A stretch of 64,000 bases of DNA from Kiritimatiellia bacterium (lineage in GTDB: Bacteria; Verrucomicrobiota; Kiritimatiellia; RFP12; UBA1067). The stretch covers positions 8,313 to 72,312 of the forward strand of contig JAZSQE010000051.1 of assembly GCA_045537795.1 (NCBI GenBank), given 5' to 3'. Position 1 is the stretch's first letter. Each line of letters begins with the position of its first letter. A program made the translations under genes and the position numbers. The notes under the pieces were generated by a model. That model was not told the DNA's origin, did not search any database, and worked only from the letters and a program-made list of their open reading frames with translations. This document shows positions 13,001 through 19,548 of this stretch, piece by piece.

Positions 13001-16000
13001 AAGCGTGTCTACGACGCCGCTGGCGTTTCGTATCTCTTGATGACGACGAACGATGTGACATACAGAGTCGGTGATGTCGTTACAAATGAGCATCTCTCGA
13101 CGTATTACGACTACAAGACGGTCGTCGGCAGCGGCACGAATCTTACGACTGTCACGCTCTGCGGCGTCGGCACGAATCTCACCGGCACAGCCGCGACGTT
13201 CAAGGTCGACAAGATTGAAGAAGTGAGCGTTGCGTATGTCCACGCGCAGGTTTATGACCGCTACGGCTACAGCCTCAAGACGGCGATCGCGCAGGACGGC
13301 GCCGTGAACACGAAGCCTTTCACGGCTCTCGACAAGTACATGGTCGTCAGATACCTCGAAGCGATAGGTCTCGCGGACGAGGAGACGATGAACACCTCTA
13401 AGGCGTGGAAGGACTTCACGCTCAAGCCTCGTGACGTCGACTGCGATCGCGACGGTATCGGAGACGGCTGGGAGCTTTATGTCATGTTCGGCACGAACGG
13501 CTGCGGCTTCGTCGAAGGCGCGCTCGGCGCGATCGAGAAGGCGACGGCGCTTTCGCAGGTTAAGATCAGCCCGTGGAACTACGCCGACCGTGAAGTCGAT
13601 CTTGACGGCGACGGACTTACGAACGTCAACGAGAACAGCGACGGCAACGATCCGTCCGATCCTTGGAATCAGCATTCTGTCTACGAGTCGCTCGTCGCCG
13701 AAGGCGTCATTCCTCCGACGACTGACAAGTTCGACGATAAGGTGCGCCGCTTCGGTATCGGTGATTCCGACCTCTACGGCGACTGGGATCTCGACCAGGT
13801 CAGCAACGGCCAGGAAATGTGGGCTTATTACATCGACTACGCCAAGGGTTCGACGCTCCTTCAGGATATCGATCCTAAGAAGGCATCGTCTGATGAATCG
13901 ACGCCCGATTACTTCCGCAAGGGAGTTGATGTGTCCGGTGCTACGAGTTACCTCGGCGCGATCTACAACGGAGCGGAGTTCATCGAAAGAGATGCGCGTA
14001 TGAAGCTCGACATTGCCGATCTGGCGATGACCGGTACGCGCGATCTCTATCAGGCCGGCTGGGATGTCTGGTCGATCGTCAGATACTCGTACGCCAAGTC
14101 CGACGAGGAACTCGCTTCGGGCGTCAGCGAAGAGCTCAGCATAGCCAACAAGTACACGTACGTGATGTACAATAACGACGCCGAGAATGAAGAGGGCGAA
14201 GGCTACACGGGCACGACAGAGGCCGAACTTATTGAGTACCATCACGATACTCTCGGTCATCAGGAGTGCACGTCGCTTGAGGCGATAATAACTGCGCACG
14301 GCGGGCTCGAAGCCATGAAGCAGGTGATTCGCGAAAAGGCGGCGAACAACCTCAGGGCCGACGGCTTTGAAGTTCCTGAGCCTGTCGTGAAGTTTACATT
14401 CCTTTATACCGGAAATAATGCGCTTGACGTCACGGTCGATGCGTGGCAGACCTCGTCGTTCTATCCCGAGCGCGGCGAGCAGCTCACCGCTTCTTGGGCG
14501 CTTCAGCCTGCGTTTGACGCCGGCGTAGGGTATGTCGAGGCGAAGGCCACGGCCCGCGGCACGATCAAGCAGGGCAAGACGCGCTTCATCGCTTACCTCG
14601 ACGCTAATGGCGACGGTAGACTTTCTTCCGGCGAAACGTGGGGTACGGCCGAGGCCAATGTCGGTTACGCCGGTAATGAAGTGACGATCCGTCTCGGCGA
14701 TGCGAACGAAGCGTTCCCCGTCATTCAGCTCACGTCTGGTGACACGAACGAAGCCGACCGCGTCATTCAGACGGTCGCTATCGTCCGTACGAAGATCAAC
14801 GGCGAATACGTCACGCCGCGCGGTGTAATGCTCCGTAAGTACGACAATAATGTCAAGCGCACCTTCATCTATCCGCTCGACTATGTCGGAATGGTCGACG
14901 GCATGGATTATATCGGTATAGACGGGTATCTGGCGCGTCAGCTTTCGCAGCTCGATCCCACGACCGAAGAACTGCCTGCCGTTGAAGAGGTGACGTACGA
15001 GGTTGTTAAACTGAGCCGTTCGCTCGTGAACGATGATAAGATCAGCAATACGAATCTTAATCACTATACGTACACGAGAACGGTTATTGACGCCGAGACC
15101 GGTACAGAATCCAACATCTATTATACGGTCGATCAGACCGTGAATGAAGAATTCACGCTCAGGTATTCCGTCACCCGCGATGTACCGCTTGAGGTCAAGG
15201 GCGAGGCTGATTCGACCGTCAGTGACACGACCATCTCGTTCAAGATCCCGACCGATCGCGCAGTCACCAAGTTCTGGCTTGAGGTGAACGGGTATGTTTA
15301 TAATGAAGGTACAGGCTTCATTCTTTCGCGCTCGATTCAGGGCGACGTCATAACCGGCGCGAACGGTGAAATAAGCGAATATAACAGCGGTCGCGTGATA
15401 CTTGACGCCAAGTGGTTCGCGGAAAATGGCGTTACCTTCGTCCCGGGCGAACAGAAGGTCCGTGTTGCCCTCGGTAACGACAAGTTCCCTGAATGCCCGA
15501 CTGAGTCTTCGGAATGGTCTGCCGAAGCCGTGTTCTCCGTCGCTGCCGATGCTCAACGTAAGGGCACGATGCTTGCCAAGGTCGTTCATCCTCTCGCTGA
15601 CGACAGTGAGTTCGCGGGCAGGCTTACGGTCGCCGTCTACGAAAAGCCCGACCTCGCCGAGAGCGTACTCGTCAAGACCGGGCTCAACGCGGGCGATACG
15701 ATAGAGCTTGGCGGTCTCAGGGTAGACAGAGGCTATTACCTCGCCGCCTGGTACGTGAAGGACGCTGATGACGGTCGCGAAAGTGCTGCGGAACGCAAGC
15801 CTTACGATACGTGGGGTTATGTCGCATCGCTCGGCATGGTCACGAACGGCTTTAATACGGCTGTTATTAAGGCGGTCGATCCCGCGATGACGGTAATGTC
15901 GACGAACGTCGTTTATCTCCAGGATACCGATTGGAACGACAATGAAATCATCGATCGGTTCGAAAATCTCAAGAGCATGATCGGCGTTACGCCGTCCGAA

Positions 16001-19000
16001 GCCCCTGTCTGGGACAAGCTTGATATTGACGGCGACGGAATTCCCGACATCGAAGACGATGATCCCGTCTTTGACAATTCCGCTGACGCGATTGAAAGTG
16101 ACGTCATGGCCTATCAGGAGAAGAAGATGCTCTGCGTCCAGATCGGCACGACCAGCGATGAGGCTTCGATGAGTTGGTACATTGTCGCCGATCCTGAACT
16201 TGAGACGAATGTTCTTGAGCAGGTCAACGGCGCTTTGATTGTTCCCAGAGGCACAAAGGCTTCGTCTCTTAATTCGCTTAAGAAGGTGTACCTTTACGGC
16301 AACAAGAAGACGTCGCCCTTCGGCATGGGTCTCGGCGTCAAGTTGACCGACGGTCAGGTCTATGCCTCCGAATACAAGAATATCGCTTTGGTCCACGCGC
16401 AGGTGTTTGATGAGAACGGCTTCAATCCCAACACCGCCAACGCCATGACTCCCGAAGAGGAATGGGTCAACACCAAGAAGTTCACTTCGCTCGATAAGTA
16501 CATCGTTACGAATTATCTCCACGCGGTCGGAGCTCTTCCCGACACGACGATCTGGACGAATTATGTGTTGAGCGCGAGACGTCTTGACTTTGAGTATGAC
16601 GGTATTCCGGACGGCTGGGAGCTCTACGTGATGAGCGGCCCTGCGGGCGCCGGCAAGCTTGCCGCCTACTCACCGTGGGTCTTCGATGACCGCGAATTCG
16701 ACGCTGACAACGACGGCCTCGGCCAGCTTAACGAATATGCCGGCGGCAATAACCCGACCGATCCGTGGAACGCCGATACAAACGGCGACGGCATCGGCGA
16801 CAATGACGCGTTCAACTACGGTCTCAAGGGCGAGGGTGGTCTTCGCCGCGACGGCGATAACGATCAGCTTTCGAACTTCATGGAATTCATGATTTCGAAC
16901 CTCGACGGCTTCCCCGTGCTTGATGCGGGCAGGATGGCGACTTATGGCGAGAAGTTCGGCGGCGACCAGGTCGTACCCGACTACTTTATCCGTCACGGCA
17001 GTCTCTACCTCGGCGAAATGTTCACCGACCACGACTTCATCGAAGATTGGATTGAGGACGCCGATGAACTTTTCCGCAACGACAACAAGGCATCCCGCTT
17101 TGTCTATGACGCCAATAAGGACGGAGATGATGACGGTTGGGACAACTGGTCCGAGGCTCGTGCATATCTCGCTGCTGAAAAGGGAATTGCGTACAATGTC
17201 GTTACTAACGGCTCTGTGATTATCAGCAATGCCTATGAAGTGTCGCTCTATAACGGCAAACCTACCCCGACAGGCCGTATAAAGGTCATTTACAACGGCA
17301 CCCGCGCCTGGGTCGGCAATATTGTCGTCCAGTCCTACCGCTACCGTGACGGTAAGAATCCGCCGATGACGTATCTGCCCGATTGCACGTGGACGCTGCC
17401 CGTCGCTGATCGTTCGGACTATTACGAACTCGGCTCCGTCACGAACGGCTACGTCGCCGGCGGCAGGAATATGTTTGTCGTCTTTAACGACGAAAACACC
17501 GACGGTCTTTGGACGGCTGGCGAACCTTACGGCATCGTCGCCGAGGTGAATGTCGGCTATAATAACATCGCCGATTCCTCAGTCGAACTCACCGACATCA
17601 ATTCGTCGATGATCCGCATCGATATGCCCAACGCGATTTCGCAGAGCACTTTCGCCGAACAGAACCTCATGACCGACCGCGGCGTCAACATGCGCCCCGG
17701 TTTCGCCAGCGAGGCTCTTTCGAACGCCGTCGCGATGGTTTCCGCCAACAACGTGAGAGTGCGCGTGCTGCGTACCGCGGTGAACGACCGCACAAGTTTC
17801 AAATCGGGAACGAAAACTTATTACGTGCTCGACACCGTCGTCGACGAGTATATTGATATGCTTAACAGTCCCGTGCTTTCCGAACGTGTGCTACTCAGGT
17901 CCGGCAAGTTCGATCTCGACTGGGGCAACGATCTGGACGCCATTACGAAATCGCAGAATCTGGCCATCGCCAATCTGAGCAAGATAAGCTACGCCGTCCT
18001 TTTCGGCGAAGGTGAGGTTGTTGGCTCCGCGCTGGTCTCGAAACTCAACTGTCTCGACATCAACTTCGTCGTGCCGTTCGAAACGGGTTCAGCTCAGACG
18101 CCTGCGGTGCCTACGGGCCTTATAGGCGATGCCGTGGGGAACCGTCCGACGTTCGGCTGGACTCACGCCAATTCCGTCGCCAAGGATTATCCGGCTTTCC
18201 GCCTGCGCATCTGCAGAAAGAGCGACGACTCGCTCGTGTACGATTCCGGCGCGCAGAAGGCGCCCGCGAAACGTTCCGACGGCGTTTACGGTTGGGCCGC
18301 GCCCGTGTATGTCGGCGCTGAACTTGAAAGCGGAGTCGATTATTACTACACTGTCTCCATGCTTGACGCCAAGTTCACCGCTCCGAACGCGAACGAAACG
18401 AAGAGTTACTTCAGACTCAACGTCAACAGCGCCGCCGGTGGGCTCGCCGATTACGGTCTTATACCTGTGGCGGTCAAGTATTTCGGTCCTGGCGATACCA
18501 ATGCAGACATCCGCGTCGAAGCGTATACTTCGCCCGACTTCGTCGAAGCGTGTACTTCGCCTGACTTCTCGGGCAAGCCTTACGGCGCGGCGTACGTCAA
18601 GCACACCGATACGCTCGCCGCGACCAACATGGTCGAACTTAACGCGATGGTGACGGGGCTCCCGCTCGGCAAGAGCTACTACATACTCGCCTACATCGAC
18701 ACGAACGGCAACGGCGTGCGCGATGACTGGGAATCGTGGGGCTACGGCAACTTCGTCGGCACCGAGCGCAAGGACGTTTACACGCCGCGCGCATACGAGC
18801 TCGCCGCGAAGGAAGTCAACGACGGCACGGTGCCCGACTGCGTCATCTACATCGAAGACGCTGATACGAACGACAACAAGATACCCGATGTCTGGGAATG
18901 GAACAAGGACGGCAAGCTCGGCGGCGCATCCGTCACGTCCGATGCGCAGAGCGTTTCGCCTTACATCGTGACGTTCACGAACGGCACGTCTATGACGGCG

Positions 19001-19462
19001 ATCAATCTGTTCGTCAAGCTCGACGGCGGCGCTGTCAGTCTGCCCTATTATTCGATGCTGACCGAGATGCAGAACGGCAAGACACTCTCGTCGATGTCGC
19101 TCGCCCTCGCTCTCGCTGGCATCGACAATCTCAACGATATCGACGTCAAGCCTGAAGTGACGATTACGAGCTTCTCGCTTACCGACGGTATCACCATCAA
19201 GGTTGATCCGAAGGCGGAGATAAACGGTGAGACGTTCAAGCCGACCGTCGTGAAGGTTGATGTCAAACTTACGCTGACGCTGCAGTACTCTGACTCTCTC
19301 GCAAGCGGCTGGTCGGATGTCATGTCAACGTCCGAAACGTTCACGCTCTCAAGTGATGCGACCGAGATTCCGAGTGCGAAACTCGATGCCATGAACACGG
19401 CCATCAAGTCGAACATCTCCGCCTCGGCTGGCTTCTACCGTATCGTGGTCGACGTCGAATAA
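1094..19462 (+). CDS. Giant secreted multidomain protein (6,122 aa): PKD/Ig-like modules, many thrombospondin-type-3-like DxDxDG calcium-binding motifs, one LamG/concanavalin-like domain, three large super-repeats
   Basis: Single open frame of 18.4 kb. GAGGAG SD at 1081-1086, 7 nt before ATG 1094. Signal peptide MKITKKLANIATFALTAFATVSMAKA. Motifs include DSDNDGLVDRLEFELGTNPFHWDSDGDGLPDGYE, DSDRDKVPDGWELY, DTDNDGMDDYYE and LamG-like ...FTVECWVKPEG...NWTHIAASYDGDMLRLYVNGV...WIDEVRIWDGARTP. An alternative start is ATG 1079. Confidence 0.85.
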   Translation: MKITKKLANIATFALTAFATVSMAKAADTSGHIVSIEPVNYTSGTKLGVGEKVQILVRLLNEDWEQTKLDKNAFPPKTWYFISVGATSTNLSSALARPQLGLSIGGKIAYAEYVEAVGAYSSGANAEYPYYTDLYFEYTVKPGDLGLPIKLLTSDMKVADVSSSDSHDYCLLNANTKGKNWGAYWTLSNVDGDIAGFHYKDMEGSSDFDVPAKPNNRASHTMDIFLGGANILVQTIDFDDVYSTEDPSAWRDVYPSITDNVATAPRIIGQGGSEGAIVYVWSDNTDVFEPYSPDSADYVVVNGTNCLKVSIAPGSEEATFRLKGGTAAVGTPANIYMSSQPLGETDTIGDTLESSIVKRKIRMVAAPPPSVKITFNSETSPYAKEVDATTKSTANLYEDYIELVITLSEAYSAPVKVALNPVYADNPAIDLFASNYIAVSSVLNLPTGYNNYDTNVTIAAGTKSTIVHLYALGGDLGTASGGINFMPTIADSTANDHYSVKAGCNLRIKDVKPTIISPTAGDSLSADKKTGCPISIEVSDTYRDLNAPQTYTVEVTWDAGTSFTTNGISFKNGIPSQIVASGFSSTATKAKIKVTDPQGNSSQTDYIPVTVAATKKIYAELVDTFSLTAPAITDLQFGENSPAKYLRFRIEPESAANNARMYAFLVPLNEASSNLVTSAAFDEGVMIEGESSVALATTPAALKFLDGTDTTADLRYSIMLRTEPKLDEGSEILDYEPQTLLFSVTNTPARVSGVTYNGGTEIRNGGTIKVPEGIPVTFISTLADDSGIDLTNKLNCVWAIKNPDDYTKPVENTASTNGFDSCSHTFNEEGSVYTVAVYAKDKDYVSGELPRFEFTVEVITQPYIYFSSVTKGEPLDMHAIDETASAINRYIYVNLSQAPDASCTKAKPLSIGITATQIGDGGNLVMSTTNITFTEGVKTGGSSQRIILNDLDGYEEGASIWVISATVLNDNTHSNEQGVVWNEYYASRDFELTVNNVAPVIDSYTPGNSLTNTPSLYSEQVFSIDAKDCNFDLTNDMEVVWTDSSGNTHNRKLFKDGQDWSSVFTNEFVREKDQQVSVQLIDKDGAKSEKIVWHFLVAPTKRVQVTTLGPASSSQTKYATAAGLGKGRVWADASRTVVTSFRHTYFLDVTEAQAGLYAYGYPAAASAAGYEDDGLLKDANGETGRDIAISTSGRSETETYKITSHYKYGATATSIENEWMYDNFFYCWVDTSSTPGLTAAVNGVPKPTAGANVETYADVTLDPYEADKESYEVRNIEAVFSREYLASDNMGDINADGIPDFYVAGYMLDGDVNAVPTTDLLRKNALNDDADYLFASLTALQSSLIPGLPATWEIEGYAFSAKLEIRGYGEHLNDAPSICGAIRGAKPDKVYTDPDTDPKSTLTKAEYLAFIETGLTSDEWSPERPTDPTKEDTDEDGFPDGYEYFYWYRAHVGWIDSSGNHVYLTGERYDPMNPGEPETITANEIKAAFDPIVPVDLVMIDMRDSDNDGLVDRLEFELGTNPFHWDSDGDGLPDGYEVMLAARGDNATDPLMYATTPGIADTLRNFDNDYMASVVVNAKKKQVVVFGNENGHYCAWGNYLGTNIVQFASKFDVTNKFYSAPVMGNIIRFRSGLVVCTTNDVATYTADDGYGNSVERLKGDLLAEDTWVYTEYAPLGDGKNAIAIVGMPRYVKSGAILATNVETGVEFDKLVLYTSQVDEYGEKTGFPWHLDGKLKERIYHVWKYGVSVADPELYGIWAMSGDACIENGTVILDPPQWGTVAKQHYITYAGDGFDPRTAWKGEGSVNTRSYNDYDEFLVSTFFLRNGESGREVWRHIGDTAQTRAYYLDEQRALELLVDFRVEGETTYQSIWAANCTNPNDADSDRDKVPDGWELYVMGGRLKTFTDTFGSLLHPAAGPLAVMSPLWADSGVEKDGDGLSEDAEYAGSESTLYAGVYAMGEPVNPYWTNKKWPSDPWNEDSDDDGLGDGDEMNYFAYGEPSAPGAGGGLNPLSWDTDLDGLPDPFEAEFSGEYTPGESNKVTEETVGQDGTTNTVTTTVTEKGTWDGGMDGSVNDSFADYDADGLLNWQEYMVGAMRCWRYDDTISSWSHNSAMIMPLSEIPMPGTPEWNKYWFERLVLNPHTITENPEANGREYEYNPHLVNGMFDGGNSYFSLCTNSWDGAAGKWYMFKDGIYHDLARPGPEWSTFYGPTKVQLNRFTWWVFQEIGMSPEESVGMVVPYKWGQIGGPTWYIYPIKYICCDPRKADTDNDGMDDYYEIFHGMNPLLGESDVARTTGEPPYDVIFEAYAGRVPEDPAEWSAENNFWLNPSAPINKSASGATLARTPQSKNGESTYDFVAYPWLTGVASADPDGDNIRNQNEAIMQGFQAASTFLHSDPTPLWLTDLSYTGSLTYRYYNRFSSQFKADKIIIKDVPEYFEYDADGDGRIAVDNERWYFNSFPGYVWDSGTGALEIRLYDPFDFWRPVDALYNYEQNEGYDSDHDYVSDFGESQGKMKSASDSQSSDSPVRRQAMWFDGVNSFLQTPLETGESAPVTSLPGISELPFLYFTVECWVKPEGDLSRTQTILERPIWTGYANPGDENYLRRNFWIGIKNSRWSTAFDSAGTDAKQSVEISDGPVATTNWTHIAASYDGDMLRLYVNGVCVKEDKTGIKPEHGISAYSATSAGTLDFNSLSYRFKSLLAGASAASMLGVVFDYELRISPAQKTTIADYKNFYQGWIDEVRIWDGARTPAQILADFKKRYTREECLANRNEAYQAWRSGATFTEHSAVTRPAELRYHFSFDHIPGGVSTDGILKTPAGFTTAKNKTDSMAIWVRPDGWVNPWWNGVSQIASSVYSDRAWVPWINNTVTHLPRFDKTTLDSVYWSENYAGAMPSVEYGFSSFLFPRTAEVFSLWTQMRYELGEPWTTPTRLNVVLNSGKGDAYYNYTFAIRHAVIEGGDMLPFGGAYPKRATTLWDEQGAMDAWAETGLDADNNGLPDWWEQYARENYGVNPFDKIDWNTTVVYNGVSMTAWQAYLRDLAAGLLPSGEINPDYASTVDSDKDGLFDWWEDYWLVSKYSGDDDPDHDGLSNKQEWRVSEDEAGGFGTAKGYPSLNPIRANSLDNQLVPDYFLRYDAARNGGKFDKWYLGEIFADHDMLEDDDEKALGTDPTLYDAWSDKDEDGWTAWSEQRYSTFKMSIVARLISHMNGSEEVIDSPIPVIHTTLRYNGEQGASGTNAAAIVIEAYSGNNLQKKPNALWRIVPGETEERHLYLGAWNRDKVFHGSLVPGHIFPGVNEMVIQYAFVQGKDNFSWEYNGRVFHGTYDEMLAAYMADPMNVFVSAKAFEWVDVYDGMVTNDMRSALQIAIDEKTQKGHFLIMNKKVGEIDAVTGDFTLNLAQFEGLHMSDSHVSLEQSIFRLKYRTRVPTTQTKALPITLGRPDSGSLKEGNTALVAYMDLDGSGTYTPGEPLGFKKDLEIGWDQVPSLTIEMTDASVAAGKRFAYDDTVETLRIIRTAINGQEVLEDGSEVKRRIVYSRNATDVERKTVYEGDLVTAGKFGLDWTGLRSDILAAGLQLKDVTEVTYKVIKNTASLERIDASNTVDTITVGFSAQQTKPSAVSPSVSSMGIVESQRPTFVWTGTDDNTAFMFKISDLAGNVVYSNDMQLLPPRDANGRYVWQAPVYIGTNVCDDIWSLNNSSSYTWQVAMFNAKYSSPLDAVWSDPATFITALAASNDMTTDFGTAKVAVRYYGPATNTLDQVVVALYKNADFTGEPAAQSRLYDIDGAACDKLAVGVFEKADGLYEVNFTGLETGDYYAMAYIDRNGNMKRDRWETWGYANNIGLGLQAIYTPVAAEVDADVAEMPALTVYMEDTDVNQDDIPDCLTEDETILSAATKITAAGADMSDTDLDGLTADEETGDAYTEKTKWDTDGDGMPDGWEYRYADLDPLYPDAETTASGDVMAFAVETGKRVYDAAGVSYLLMTTNDVTYRVGDVVTNEHLSTYYDYKTVVGSGTNLTTVTLCGVGTNLTGTAATFKVDKIEEVSVAYVHAQVYDRYGYSLKTAIAQDGAVNTKPFTALDKYMVVRYLEAIGLADEETMNTSKAWKDFTLKPRDVDCDRDGIGDGWELYVMFGTNGCGFVEGALGAIEKATALSQVKISPWNYADREVDLDGDGLTNVNENSDGNDPSDPWNQHSVYESLVAEGVIPPTTDKFDDKVRRFGIGDSDLYGDWDLDQVSNGQEMWAYYIDYAKGSTLLQDIDPKKASSDESTPDYFRKGVDVSGATSYLGAIYNGAEFIERDARMKLDIADLAMTGTRDLYQAGWDVWSIVRYSYAKSDEELASGVSEELSIANKYTYVMYNNDAENEEGEGYTGTTEAELIEYHHDTLGHQECTSLEAIITAHGGLEAMKQVIREKAANNLRADGFEVPEPVVKFTFLYTGNNALDVTVDAWQTSSFYPERGEQLTASWALQPAFDAGVGYVEAKATARGTIKQGKTRFIAYLDANGDGRLSSGETWGTAEANVGYAGNEVTIRLGDANEAFPVIQLTSGDTNEADRVIQTVAIVRTKINGEYVTPRGVMLRKYDNNVKRTFIYPLDYVGMVDGMDYIGIDGYLARQLSQLDPTTEELPAVEEVTYEVVKLSRSLVNDDKISNTNLNHYTYTRTVIDAETGTESNIYYTVDQTVNEEFTLRYSVTRDVPLEVKGEADSTVSDTTISFKIPTDRAVTKFWLEVNGYVYNEGTGFILSRSIQGDVITGANGEISEYNSGRVILDAKWFAENGVTFVPGEQKVRVALGNDKFPECPTESSEWSAEAVFSVAADAQRKGTMLAKVVHPLADDSEFAGRLTVAVYEKPDLAESVLVKTGLNAGDTIELGGLRVDRGYYLAAWYVKDADDGRESAAERKPYDTWGYVASLGMVTNGFNTAVIKAVDPAMTVMSTNVVYLQDTDWNDNEIIDRFENLKSMIGVTPSEAPVWDKLDIDGDGIPDIEDDDPVFDNSADAIESDVMAYQEKKMLCVQIGTTSDEASMSWYIVADPELETNVLEQVNGALIVPRGTKASSLNSLKKVYLYGNKKTSPFGMGLGVKLTDGQVYASEYKNIALVHAQVFDENGFNPNTANAMTPEEEWVNTKKFTSLDKYIVTNYLHAVGALPDTTIWTNYVLSARRLDFEYDGIPDGWELYVMSGPAGAGKLAAYSPWVFDDREFDADNDGLGQLNEYAGGNNPTDPWNADTNGDGIGDNDAFNYGLKGEGGLRRDGDNDQLSNFMEFMISNLDGFPVLDAGRMATYGEKFGGDQVVPDYFIRHGSLYLGEMFTDHDFIEDWIEDADELFRNDNKASRFVYDANKDGDDDGWDNWSEARAYLAAEKGIAYNVVTNGSVIISNAYEVSLYNGKPTPTGRIKVIYNGTRAWVGNIVVQSYRYRDGKNPPMTYLPDCTWTLPVADRSDYYELGSVTNGYVAGGRNMFVVFNDENTDGLWTAGEPYGIVAEVNVGYNNIADSSVELTDINSSMIRIDMPNAISQSTFAEQNLMTDRGVNMRPGFASEALSNAVAMVSANNVRVRVLRTAVNDRTSFKSGTKTYYVLDTVVDEYIDMLNSPVLSERVLLRSGKFDLDWGNDLDAITKSQNLAIANLSKISYAVLFGEGEVVGSALVSKLNCLDINFVVPFETGSAQTPAVPTGLIGDAVGNRPTFGWTHANSVAKDYPAFRLRICRKSDDSLVYDSGAQKAPAKRSDGVYGWAAPVYVGAELESGVDYYYTVSMLDAKFTAPNANETKSYFRLNVNSAAGGLADYGLIPVAVKYFGPGDTNADIRVEAYTSPDFVEACTSPDFSGKPYGAAYVKHTDTLAATNMVELNAMVTGLPLGKSYYILAYIDTNGNGVRDDWESWGYGNFVGTERKDVYTPRAYELAAKEVNDGTVPDCVIYIEDADTNDNKIPDVWEWNKDGKLGGASVTSDAQSVSPYIVTFTNGTSMTAINLFVKLDGGAVSLPYYSMLTEMQNGKTLSSMSLALALAGIDNLNDIDVKPEVTITSFSLTDGITIKVDPKAEINGETFKPTVVKVDVKLTLTLQYSDSLASGWSDVMSTSETFTLSSDATEIPSAKLDAMNTAIKSNISASAGFYRIVVDVE
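18515..18568 (+). repeat. In-frame 27-nt tandem duplication inside the giant gene (VEAYTSPDF / VEACTSPDF)
   Basis: gtcgaagcgtatacttcgcccgacttc is followed directly by gtcgaagcgtgtacttcgcctgacttc, with 2 mismatches. Confidence 0.9.
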
Positions 19463-19548
19463 TGCCCGTGAGGTTCCGGTGGCGCCCATGCCGAGCGCCG
19501 CCAGGAGCCTCATCTGCGAAAGGCCCAGGAATTTAAAGGAACTCTAAA

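Noticed and set aside
12230-16522. 1,430-aa ORF on the minus strand, together with similar antisense ORFs at 977-2584, 3233-4375, 4703-7420, 7625-9643 and 10328-11320
   Set aside because: These lie antisense to the giant gene. The 12230-16522 ORF is codon-aligned with the sense frame, so its length only reflects the rarity of sense TTA, CTA and TCA codons in a GC-rich gene. The translations are R/G/V/D-rich with no motifs, while the sense strand carries clear domains.
19463-19548. Possible terminator hairpin after the giant gene (ggtggcgc...gcgccgcc)
   Set aside because: The stem has a mismatch and there is no T-tract. This is insufficient to call an intrinsic terminator.
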